A stretch of DNA of 32,506 nt from Dehalococcoidia bacterium (GCA_023271485.1 JALPXT010000001.1:1-32506), one strand, 5' to 3'. Positions 1 to 7,856 are shown, numbered from the stretch's first letter. A program made the numbers and translations. Notes: a model not told the origin generated them from the sequence alone.

Positions 1-52
1 CGCCTCCCTTCCCCAACCGTGAACCGCGAACCCCTGAACCGTGAACTCGGTT
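1..52. repeat. Tandem heptamer array (AACCGYG-like units; reverse complement of GGTTCRN)
   Basis: The sequence reads aaccgtg aaccgcg aacccctg aaccgtg aactcgg directly after the stop of the 53..1213 gene. The same unit occurs in the opposite orientation at 10311-10323 and 12107-12140. Confidence 0.6.
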
Positions 53-1213
53 CTAAGCAGTCACCAGGTTCAGCAGCAGCAGTTTCTTTGTTTCCGCCAC
101 TATCACCTCCGCGGGCATTGTCATCCCGCCAAACACCCTTGGCCCACCGTATATCTTTGCATTGTTGTTCACCCTTGATTTGATGTCTCGGGCTAACCAT
201 CCGGTAATGTTATGCTCCGGGATTATGATGATCCTTGGACCCTCGGCTAACTCTGCGATCTCTTTCTCAGGGAATGGTCTTATTACCTTGATTTTCACCA
301 ACCCGATATCAATTCCTTCTGCTCGCATTCTTTCCATAGCAACTCTTGCTTGAGCGGCGGCGGTGCCCGATGCCATAAATAGTGTTTCGGCCTCGGGATG
401 GGTAACTTCTACGGAGCTTCCCATATATCGGGTTATGTATTTTCGGGCTCGTTCGGCAGCGGCACGCACCTCCTGTTGCCAACTGGCATGGGTATTGTAA
501 CTTATGTAGTTACTCTTCATAACGAACGGGTCCTTCATATGCCTTACGGGAACCGTCTCCATATCCATTGTCACCACTGGAGAGACTGACGGGTCATAAG
601 GGGGCAGCATCTCATCCTCGGGAGTTAGCTCAACAATCTCCCGGGTGTGGGTAACGAAGAAGCCGTCAGCGCATACACCTATCGGCAGGTGTACGTCGGG
701 CTGCTCAGCGATGATAAATGCCTGCAGGATCATATCGAAGTAATCCTGCGGGTCTTCAGCATGAAATATCAGCATCCCGGTATCGGCCAGCCAGCCAATT
801 TCAATATTGTCCGGCTGGATGGTCAGAGGCGAATTCACTCCTCGGGTCATAAAGGCACAGACTATGGGCAGCCTTTCTCCTGCCCAGCAGGGGAACATTT
901 CAAATGCTCTCAGCGTGCCCGGTCCAGAGGTTGCGGTAAATGCCCTTACTCCCCCCATTGCGGCCCCGGCCATAGCCGACATGACGTTGAATTCATCCTC
1001 GCCTCGATAATAGTCCTTTATATAACCCTGGGCATAAATATCTCCGATAATGTGAGTAGCCTCACTTTGTGGTGTAATGGGGTAGGAAATCACCATATCA
1101 ACGTTGGCCCTCTTCACGGCCTCGGCAACGGCTTCATTTCCGATCAGATACTTCTTCTCTCGAGGGGCCTCAAAGAACATATACTCGGGGCTTACTACTT
1201 TCCTGTCTGGCAT
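53..1213 (-). CDS. 2-oxoacid:ferredoxin oxidoreductase alpha-subunit-like protein (POR/KOR/VOR family)
   Basis: 386-aa ORF. It carries GNEAVAEA, YPITPQSE and TATSGPG motifs and a C-terminal domain-II-like region, all typical of OFOR alpha subunits. Its start is overlapped by 19 nt by the upstream ORF. Substrate specificity is not assignable. Confidence 0.75.
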   Translation of the reverse strand: MPDRKVVSPEYMFFEAPREKKYLIGNEAVAEAVKRANVDMVISYPITPQSEATHIIGDIYAQGYIKDYYRGEDEFNVMSAMAGAAMGGVRAFTATSGPGTLRAFEMFPCWAGERLPIVCAFMTRGVNSPLTIQPDNIEIGWLADTGMLIFHAEDPQDYFDMILQAFIIAEQPDVHLPIGVCADGFFVTHTREIVELTPEDEMLPPYDPSVSPVVTMDMETVPVRHMKDPFVMKSNYISYNTHASWQQEVRAAAERARKYITRYMGSSVEVTHPEAETLFMASGTAAAQARVAMERMRAEGIDIGLVKIKVIRPFPEKEIAELAEGPRIIIIPEHNITGWLARDIKSRVNNNAKIYGGPRVFGGMTMPAEVIVAETKKLLLLNLVTA

Positions 1214-1815
1214 GACAACCTCCCCATTTTAACCTTTCTTATAGTCTCGGTTAGATCCATCACCTCTTCAGCATGAACATCCCTCAGGGTAAGCATGGCG
1301 TCCTCATGCCCCCTTTGGCCGCATAGAGCTATGGTGTAACAATCAGTCCCCGCCCTGACGATCTTCAAGGCCAGATTCGCAAAATGGCAATGAACACCCA
1401 CAAACACACATACATCGATATTGTTATGCCAGATGGTCAAATTAGGATGATTGGGGTTAATTTCCACTTTGGGATTGATCATGGGGTACTTGGGGCGGTA
1501 ATCCGGCATGGGTATAATCTTCATCCCCGGCACCTCGCCCACCATCTCCAGGAGTGCCGTCGCTTTTGCCACTGCCTTCTCCGACCAGGCCCATAGCACC
1601 AGGGGTCCGGGGAAAAGCGTCGGGTTCCTGGCCGAAAGCAACCTGTTGGCTATCTCTTCGCAGGCGACTTCTTCAGGAACAATATCCCCTTCGATTAGCG
1701 CCTCACCTTCGTCGGGCAGGACCACACCCATTGCCGCTGCCGACGGTGAAAGATAAGTCTCCGGCCCGGGAATCACTTTGTAACCGTTCTTGGGGAAACC
1801 TAGCAGTGTGCTCAT
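1195..1815 (-). CDS. Hypothetical protein coupled to the OFOR alpha-like gene (possibly a CdhB/DHS-like Rossmann domain, unverified)
   Basis: 206-aa ORF with SD GAAGGGAG 6 nt before the ATG and a 19-nt overlap with the downstream alpha gene. It has no CxxCxxCxxxC cluster, so it is not a delta ferredoxin, and no gamma-subunit motifs. The resemblance to acetyl-CoA synthase epsilon (CdhB)-type proteins is only by eye. Confidence 0.5.
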   Translation of the reverse strand: MSTLLGFPKNGYKVIPGPETYLSPSAAAMGVVLPDEGEALIEGDIVPEEVACEEIANRLLSARNPTLFPGPLVLWAWSEKAVAKATALLEMVGEVPGMKIIPMPDYRPKYPMINPKVEINPNHPNLTIWHNNIDVCVFVGVHCHFANLALKIVRAGTDCYTIALCGQRGHEDAMLTLRDVHAEEVMDLTETIRKVKMGRLSCQTGK

Positions 1816-1850
1816 TTGACACTCCCTTCATAACCCGGCAATTTCAGCCA

Positions 1851-1880
1851 GAAAAAATGGGCATCTCCTTCATCATGCCC
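1851..1880 (-). terminator. Candidate intrinsic terminator after tatD (6-bp GC-rich stem plus T6)
   Basis: The minus strand reads GGGCAT-gatgaaggag-ATGCCC followed by ATTTTTT, 33 nt downstream of the tatD stop. Confidence 0.4.
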
Positions 1881-1891
1881 CACCAATCTCA

Positions 1892-1920
1892 ATTATACTC
1901 GCTTTTCTTCACCTAGTCAA
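1892..1920 (-). promoter_or_regulatory. Candidate sigma70-type promoter for the 206-aa ORF/OFOR operon
   Basis: The minus strand reads TTGACT (1920-1915), a 17-nt spacer, then TATAAT (1897-1892). It overlaps the tatD stop codon. Confidence 0.4.
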
Positions 1921-2713
1921 CCGCTGGTATAAGCGGCGCTGGGAAATGTGATAGCCCGAAGAGAGTGAGGGCGTTTTCGGTGGTCCTTTGTGCAAGAACA
2001 TCTGGCTCAACCCCCTTCAGCCTTGCTACTGCCTCCAGTACCCTGGTGACATCCGCTGGCTCGGACCGATGGGCAAACTCCGTGCCCCAGCGATAGACCA
2101 CCGGCGAGTCGGTTTCAAGCAGGAGATTCTCGCAAGGCGTTTCCCTTATGGAGCTTTGATGGTCGTTGTGATACTCGGCAGCGAGGGTTGCGGAGGCATA
2201 ATAGCCCTGGCTGATAAGATCGCGCAGGACGCTCATCGGGCCGCTGTACCAGTGGAATACCGCCCTCTCTACACCCGATTCCTGGACAAGTGTAAAGCAA
2301 TCCCGCCATGAATACCGGGAATGGATCAGCGCCGGTTTTGCGTGCCGTTTCGCGATTGCCAGCACATCCCGGAGTACCTGTTTTTGAATGTCCTTGCTTG
2401 CTTTGCTCGTAACCCTCTTATGATAGTCCAGACCTATCTCGCCAATGCCTACGGCACTTTCGATATTGTCTTCGATGAACTGAAGGTTGCGCTCGATCTC
2501 CGCCGCCGTCTCTCCCAACTCTCCAGGGTGACATCCAAGGGCTGGAAATACTATTGAATACCGCTCCGCTATTTCCAGCACCCGGTTGTTCGACTCGTAA
2601 TCCACCCCGACGGCGATTATGGCGATCAAACCGCTCTCCCGGGCTCTGGCAATGGCCGGACCGAGGTCCTCTATGTCGTCAAGGTGGGCATGAGTATCGA
2701 TCAGTGGGTACAT
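1913..2713 (-). CDS. tatD: TatD-family metal-dependent hydrolase/DNase
   Basis: 266-aa ORF. The N-terminus is MYPLIDTHAHLD. Conserved His/Asp/Glu positions (GEIGLDYH, HSR, FHWYSG, LETDSP) are typical of TatD/YcfH. Confidence 0.85.
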   Translation of the reverse strand: MYPLIDTHAHLDDIEDLGPAIARARESGLIAIIAVGVDYESNNRVLEIAERYSIVFPALGCHPGELGETAAEIERNLQFIEDNIESAVGIGEIGLDYHKRVTSKASKDIQKQVLRDVLAIAKRHAKPALIHSRYSWRDCFTLVQESGVERAVFHWYSGPMSVLRDLISQGYYASATLAAEYHNDHQSSIRETPCENLLLETDSPVVYRWGTEFAHRSEPADVTRVLEAVARLKGVEPDVLAQRTTENALTLFGLSHFPAPLIPAVD

Positions 2714-2716
2714 TGC

Positions 2717-3499
2717 TCAAACGGTTTCGATCACCAGGTCGTCCACAGTTTCGACCTCTCTCTCCAGATCGGCGATGGCTATCGTTCTGGGGAGATGGTA
2801 CGCCGAGGAGGTGAATATCGTGAGACACCTGCGTCCGTACATGGCTTGCCTGGCGTTGGGTTGATGCGATCGGATGAGGACATTCTTCTCCAATCTGCTC
2901 ATCATCTCATCAAACCATCCCTGGCCGAACTGCGGCCTGCCGGTGAGCAGGTCATCGCCGAGGTATTTTCCATCCTGTTCCTGCCAGTCGCCCCAGGTTA
3001 TTTGCTGCCACCACCGGCCGCCGAATTCTATGTCATCTATATCTTCCAGACTCTCGACATCCGGCAGGGCTCCGTGCAAGGCTATGATCCCGTTTGGGGT
3101 GGATACCGCCAGCGGCATCCTGGAGAGCACTGCGGCATATCGAGCGTGCAGCTCGCCATCCAGTCCTTCCCAGAAGTCAGCCGGATGAAATGCTATGGCG
3201 CGTCGGCCTTCATGATTTCCCATTAGCAGAAACAGATTATCCGGGTGCTCCAGTTTCAGCCTCAGGAGAGAGTTCAGGTTTTCCGCCGACTTTGGCCCCC
3301 GATCCACATAGTCACCCAGGAAAACGATTTGGGTTTTCGAGTTCAAGTGTCTGGCGATGACGGCCCTGGTCGCCTCAAGATCGCCGTGCGTATCGCCGAC
3401 GAAAATAACCCGGCCGGATTCCAGTTTGATCAGGTTCCCCTCTTGCTCAAACCTCGCTTCCACCTGGTCGAGCAAGCTTCTGGTTTCCTCTCCTGTCAT
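2717..3499 (-). CDS. PPP-family metallophosphoesterase (Ser/Thr phosphatase-like)
   Basis: 260-aa ORF with the GDTHGD, GDYVDRG and GNHE motifs. It lies 4 nt upstream of tatD. Confidence 0.8.
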   Translation of the reverse strand: MTGEETRSLLDQVEARFEQEGNLIKLESGRVIFVGDTHGDLEATRAVIARHLNSKTQIVFLGDYVDRGPKSAENLNSLLRLKLEHPDNLFLLMGNHEGRRAIAFHPADFWEGLDGELHARYAAVLSRMPLAVSTPNGIIALHGALPDVESLEDIDDIEFGGRWWQQITWGDWQEQDGKYLGDDLLTGRPQFGQGWFDEMMSRLEKNVLIRSHQPNARQAMYGRRCLTIFTSSAYHLPRTIAIADLEREVETVDDLVIETV

Positions 3500-3502
3500 G
3501 CC

Positions 3503-3538
3503 AAGATCATCAGGGGGATTCTCCCCCTGAAACCCCCT
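3503..3538 (-). promoter_or_regulatory. Conserved hairpin motif, copy 1 (9-bp stem TCAGGGGGA/TCCCCCTGA, loop TTC, plus AACCCCCT)
   Basis: A perfect 9-bp inverted repeat at 3510-3530 ends 10 nt upstream of the phosphatase ATG. A near-identical copy lies at 15697-15738. Confidence 0.55.
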
Positions 3539-3560
3539 AAAAGGCGGTCAGGCCTGGGAT

Positions 3561-3617
3561 TCGTAAAGGAGCTTCGCCCCTTTACGAAGCATAGGAATTC
3601 TGAAATTCCTATGCTTC
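3561..3617 (-). other. Two back-to-back stem-loops immediately downstream of fpg
   Basis: At 3586-3617 there is a 14-bp perfect stem (GAAGCATAGGAATT/AATTCCTATGCTTC) with loop CTGA, starting 3 nt after the fpg stop. At 3561-3587 there is an ~11-bp stem with one mismatch and loop TTC. No clear U-tract follows. Confidence 0.5.
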
Positions 3618-3620
3618 CTG

Positions 3621-4442
3621 CTAAGCTCCATCTGGCTGACACCGGGCACAGAAATGAGTCCCCCGGCCCCGGAGCGAAACTCTCTGGATGGGAGACCCAC
3701 AGTAGAGGCAAGATTCCCCACGGCGGTGGGCGACCTGAAATTCCAGGTGTGCCTTCCCGGTTCCCCCATCGGGACGACGGTAGGTATTGACGCTCGCTCC
3801 CTTACGCTTTATCCCCCCCTGTAATACCTTTACGATTCCGCGGTGCAGCCGCTCGATTTCATCAGTTGAAAGGGCATTCGCCTTCTTTAAGGGATGGATG
3901 CGGGCGGCAAACAATGCTTCATCGGCATACATATTGCCGATGCCCGCTATGGCGTGCTGGTCGCAGAGCAGGACTTTTATCGCCACCCGGCGCGGGCTTA
4001 GAAGGTTCCCCAGGACGGCCGGCGTGAAGGAGGGCCCCAGAGGTTCAATGCCTAACTTGCCGACGACCCTGTTCTGATCCTCAGTCAGCCACATTGCCCC
4101 GAACCGCCGTTGATCGACGAAGTGTAAATCGTTGTCGCCGTCGAGCCGGAATATCGCGCTGGTGTGATTCTCCGGTCCACAGGATGCATCCCTGAGCAGC
4201 AGGACGCCGCTCATCTTGAGATGGAGAATTAAGGTCTGGCCACCGGAAAGTCGAAAGAGGAGATATTTCCCTCGACGCCATATGGCCATTATCTCCTGGC
4301 CAATGAGCCTCTGGCAGAATGCCTCCGGCGAGGGTTCATGCACCGCTTTTGGTCTGAATAGCTCCACCCCGACAAAACGACGGCCTCTTATCTGAGGAGC
4401 GACTTCGTTCTTTATGGTCTCGACTTCCGGCAGTTCGGGCAT
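3621..4442 (-). CDS. mutM: Formamidopyrimidine-DNA glycosylase
   Basis: 273-aa ORF. It has the MPELPEVE N-terminus and a C-terminal zinc finger (CLYCGSPI...FCARCQ). Confidence 0.92.
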   Translation of the reverse strand: MPELPEVETIKNEVAPQIRGRRFVGVELFRPKAVHEPSPEAFCQRLIGQEIMAIWRRGKYLLFRLSGGQTLILHLKMSGVLLLRDASCGPENHTSAIFRLDGDNDLHFVDQRRFGAMWLTEDQNRVVGKLGIEPLGPSFTPAVLGNLLSPRRVAIKVLLCDQHAIAGIGNMYADEALFAARIHPLKKANALSTDEIERLHRGIVKVLQGGIKRKGASVNTYRRPDGGTGKAHLEFQVAHRRGESCLYCGSPIQRVSLRGRGTHFCARCQPDGA

Positions 4443-4450
4443 TTAGTCCT

Positions 4451-4996
4451 TTACAGGTTTGCCAGGACCTCTCCATTTATTTGCTCTACCCTTGGTTTGC
4501 CCACCAACACCTCAACCAATTTCATGGAGAACTCCATTGCTGTCCCGGGTGCCTGGCTGGTTATGATCCTGCCATCAACAACAACCCTTTCATCTACGTG
4601 CTGAGCTCCACTCAGCATGTCTTTCACCGCCGGGTGGATGGTGGATTTTCTGCCTTCGAGTATGCCGGCCTTAGAGAGTACCGACGGAGCACCACATATG
4701 GCGGCGACATACTTGTTCTTGCCATGCATCTCCCGGACCAACCCCAACACCCTTTCGTCTTTCCCAAGGTTCACAAAGCCCGGATAGCCGCCAGGAAGGA
4801 CGATGACATCGAAATCACCGGCGCTTACCTTATCTATCAGCGTATCAGGTATTACCTTGACCCCGTGGGCCCCGTCGATAGCACCCTCCTTTAGCCCGGC
4901 AGTGATGACCTCCATCTCGGCTCTCCTCAGGATATCAACGATGGTGCTAAACTCTATTTCCTCAAACCCATCCACTAGCGGAACCAAAACTCTCAT
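4451..4996 (-). CDS. DJ-1/PfpI family protein
   Basis: 181-aa ORF with the nucleophile-elbow motif AAICGAP and overall DJ-1/ThiJ-like sequence. It lies 8 nt upstream of fpg. Confidence 0.85.
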   Translation of the reverse strand: MRVLVPLVDGFEEIEFSTIVDILRRAEMEVITAGLKEGAIDGAHGVKVIPDTLIDKVSAGDFDVIVLPGGYPGFVNLGKDERVLGLVREMHGKNKYVAAICGAPSVLSKAGILEGRKSTIHPAVKDMLSGAQHVDERVVVDGRIITSQAPGTAMEFSMKLVEVLVGKPRVEQINGEVLANL

Positions 4997-5026
4997 TTCA
5001 ACCTCCTTTTTGGGATTTCTGAGTTT

Positions 5027-5055
5027 AGTATACCGATAGGGCTGAGCTGTGTCAA
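5027..5055 (-). promoter_or_regulatory. Candidate sigma70-type promoter of the DJ-1/fpg operon
   Basis: The minus strand reads TTGACA (5055-5050), a 17-nt spacer, then TATACT (5032-5027). The -35 sits inside an 8-bp inverted repeat, GGCTGAGC...GCTCAGCC (5040-5071). An AAAGGAGG SD precedes the ATG at 4996. Confidence 0.5.
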
Positions 5056-5150
5056 TTATGCGCGCTCAGCCGCGGCGCCTTTTCCCCCGGCATCTGAGGA
5101 TGCCGACTCCTCGGATGCCTTGTCTTCTTGAAACTGTTCAACTACCCTAT

Positions 5151-5284
5151 GTCACCCTGAGCCTGAACGCAGTGAGGGAGAAGGGTCTCCGAGGTTCTTC
5201 CCGGAGCCGTCTCAAAAGAAATGAGATTCTTCGCTTCGCTCAGAATGACAAAAGCGAAGGACCAGAATGACAGAAGCGAAGGGT
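5151..5284. repeat. Intergenic palindromic repeat of the GTCAYYCTGAGC...GAAGRRTCTC type, plus a 20-nt tandem duplication
   Basis: The right arm GAGATTCTTCGCTTCGCTCAGAATGAC (5223-5249) is the reverse complement of the motif in the degenerate left arm GTCACCCTGAGC...GAAGGGTCTC (5151-5189). CAGAATGACARAAGCGAAGG is repeated at 5241-5260 and 5263-5282. Translations give the RFFASLRMT / VILSEAKNL peptides typical of spurious ORFs over this repeat class. Confidence 0.7.
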
Positions 5285-7688
5285 TACCTTCTCTTTTTTT
5301 GGCTCTCATGCCGCAGCGGCATAAGGCGCTCAGCCAGTATATTGACCGTCCCACTCGACTTCTGGACTATGCCCTCCACGACCAGCAAGGGCTCCATGCG
5401 AGCTACCCGGCGATACCTTTCGTAGACCTTTGGCCTCACCACTATGTTAATCAGACCATGCTCGTCTTCGAGGGTAAGGAATAGATGGCCCTTGGCCGTC
5501 GCCGGTTTTTGGCGGCAGACCACGTAGCCAGCGGTGCGAACACGGGTATTGGAGAACAGGCTTTCAATTTCTTGGCTGCTAAGGATGCCATCATTAGCGC
5601 TCCGCAACAGTTGCATCGGATGATAGCGACATGATAACTCATAATCTTCGTCCAGGCTGCTTCACCAACACCCTTAACATACTTGAAGCCGAGCCTGATC
5701 TTCCCATCTTCTATGGTGCAGCGGTCTTCGCTCTTATTTACATCCACCGGCAGCATCTGTATCCCGTGACGCCGGGCATCGTTCACTATAACCTCCGGGG
5801 AGTAGAAGCCCATGGGCTGGTTGTTAAGGAGAGCGCAGTAGAACCTTTGTTTGCCCATCGCCCGGCGGAGTTGCTCCGCCTCGGCTGGACTAAAACCGGC
5901 GATCTCCACCGCTATCCTTAATACCTGCTCCTGAAAGAGGATAACCCCCATTGTTTCCTCCAGGATGGGTTGAAGCCTGGGGTGCAGATAGGTTACCTTC
6001 TCCAGTCCTTGCCTCCGCCGGAGATAGGGGTGAACCATATTGCCCTGCAGTGGCCCCGGCCGCACGATAGCCACCTCGATTATGAGGTCCTCAAGAGAGC
6101 GCGGCTTTGATTTGGGCAACATCTGCATCTGGGCCCTGCTTTCCACCTGGAAGACGCCGATGGTATCAGCGCGGCAAATCATATCGTAGACCTGCGGGTC
6201 ATTTAACGGTATCTTGTCCAGATTGAGGTCAATACCTCGGTGCCTCTCGATTAGCTCCCGGGCCTCTTGAATGAGCGACAACATCCTCAATCCAAGGAGG
6301 TCGATCTTGATCAGTCCTACATCCTCGATATCATCCTTATTCCACTGGGTTACCACCCTGCCCTGAGCTGCCGCCGGCTCCAGAGGGACGATATCAATCA
6401 GTGGACAGGAACTCACCAGCATGCCGCCAACGTGAATGGATAGGTGCCTGGGGAAGTCGGCAACCTGTTCGCAGAGCGCAAGGAACATCTGCCAGGCAGG
6501 GCTTTCAACGCTATCCTTGAATTCACTGATTCTAAGCATCTCATCCCTCAGGTTTGCTGCGGAATAGGTATCGAGGGATTTCGCCAGCCGGTGGATTACG
6601 TGTTGGGGCATGTCTAATGATTTACCCACATCCCTTACGGCCTTCCGGGCCTGGAAGGTAACCACATTACACACCATAGCGGTATGCTCCTCGCCGTATT
6701 TGCGGTAAACATACTGGATAAGCGCCTCCCGGTGATTGGTGGAGATGTCGATATCGATATCAGGGGTGCCCTGCATCTCCTCGTTGAGGAAACGCTCGAA
6801 GAGGAGGTTGTGCCTTAAGGGGTCAACCCTGGTTATTCCCAGGAGATAGGCGACGATGGAATTGGCAGCCGATCCTCTGCCCTGAGCCGGTATGCCGTTC
6901 TGCCTGGCATGGTGCATAATGTCCCAAACGATAAGAAAATATCCGGCCAGGTTCATCCTCTGGATTACCCCCAGCTCGTGCTCAAGTTGCTCTATCACCT
7001 GCTCACCAACCGGCTCATATCTTTCCTCGGCGCCCTGGCGGCAGAGTTCCCTCAGGTAGCTCATTGAGGTTTCGCCCGATGGCACAGGGAAATCGGGGAA
7101 GCGGTACTCCTCGAGGTTGAGGTCGACATGGCATCTCTCGGCAATTACCAGCGAGTTAGAAACCGCCTCCGGATAACGGCTAAAGAGGAAGGTCATCTCG
7201 TCTTGAAGCCGGTATCCCTCAGGCGTGGCATAATGGACGTTATTGGTGGCCACGTAGCCAATCCCTGCTTGTCTGGCGATATTGACGAGCTTATCGCAGA
7301 GCCGAGCCTCACCGGGAAGAAGGTGTCTTTGGAGTTCAATCCAGAAGTTATCCCCTCCAAATAGGGCCCTATATCTTTGGGCCGCCCTCGAGGCCTCGTC
7401 CAGCTTATTCTGCAGGAGATATGTGGCCACCTCGCTCTTCCGGCATCCGGAGAGACAGATGAGGCCTTTGCTGTGACTGGATAACGTCTCCCAGTCCAGT
7501 GAGGTCCTGGTTTTCTTTGAGTGGCTGATGAGGCGGCAGAGGTTAGAATAGCCAGCCTTGTCCTCGGCAAAAAGGGTTATATGATACCCTCCATCCAGGG
7601 CCACCTCAACGCCGATAATTGGCTTTATCCCCTGCTCCCAGGCCGCTTTATAGAACCGAACTAGGCCCGGCGTAGAGGCATCCCTGGT
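5284..7688 (-). pseudogene. dnaE2: Error-prone DNA polymerase III alpha (DnaE2-like), multiply deleted
   Basis: ORFs of 717 aa and 110 aa in different frames carry DnaE motifs (GIKPIIGVE upstream of the called start, NNVHY, QPMGFYSP, and an OB-fold region RQKPATAKGHLFLTLEDEHGLINIVV). The N-terminal PHP start is missing. Segments appear absent after RRAMGKQR and after KGVGEAA, and the reading frame changes near 5655-5675. Confidence 0.75.
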
Positions 7689-7846
7689 TCAACCCCGCAG
7701 GCGGCTGCCTCGGGCGAGGCATCGTAAACCGGCTTTGACTCGAATGACGAGCCGCCGATGACTAACGGCCGCCGGCCCAGTTGAGGGTCGTGAGTCACCG
7801 CTGCCTGAACAGCGAAATTGTGGATCAGAACACAGGCAACCCTCAT
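7661..7846 (-). pseudogene. imuB: ImuB-like Y-family polymerase remnant (first ~60 codons only)
   Basis: The 61-aa ORF MRVACVLIHNFAVQAA...DASPEAAACGVEPGMPLRRA matches the N-terminus of ImuB/Y-family polymerases, which normally run to about 400-500 aa. DnaE2 homology starts in another frame within ~25 nt of its stop. Confidence 0.6.
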
Positions 7847-7856
7847 CTACTCCCCC

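Noticed and set aside
3503-3538. The peptide similarity QGENPPDDLG versus QGENTPDDFA, encoded by the two hairpin-motif copies in frame with the downstream genes, as a possible shared N-terminal tag.
   Set aside because: In copy 1 there is no start codon between the upstream in-frame stop (3548-3550) and the ATG at 3499, so the motif is untranslated there. The shared frame is a 1-in-3 coincidence.
5049-5354. ORFs of 73, 70 and 87 aa between the DJ-1 gene and dnaE2.
   Set aside because: They are translations of the palindromic repeat (the FAQNDK / VILSEAKNL / RFFASLRMT peptides) and are not genes.
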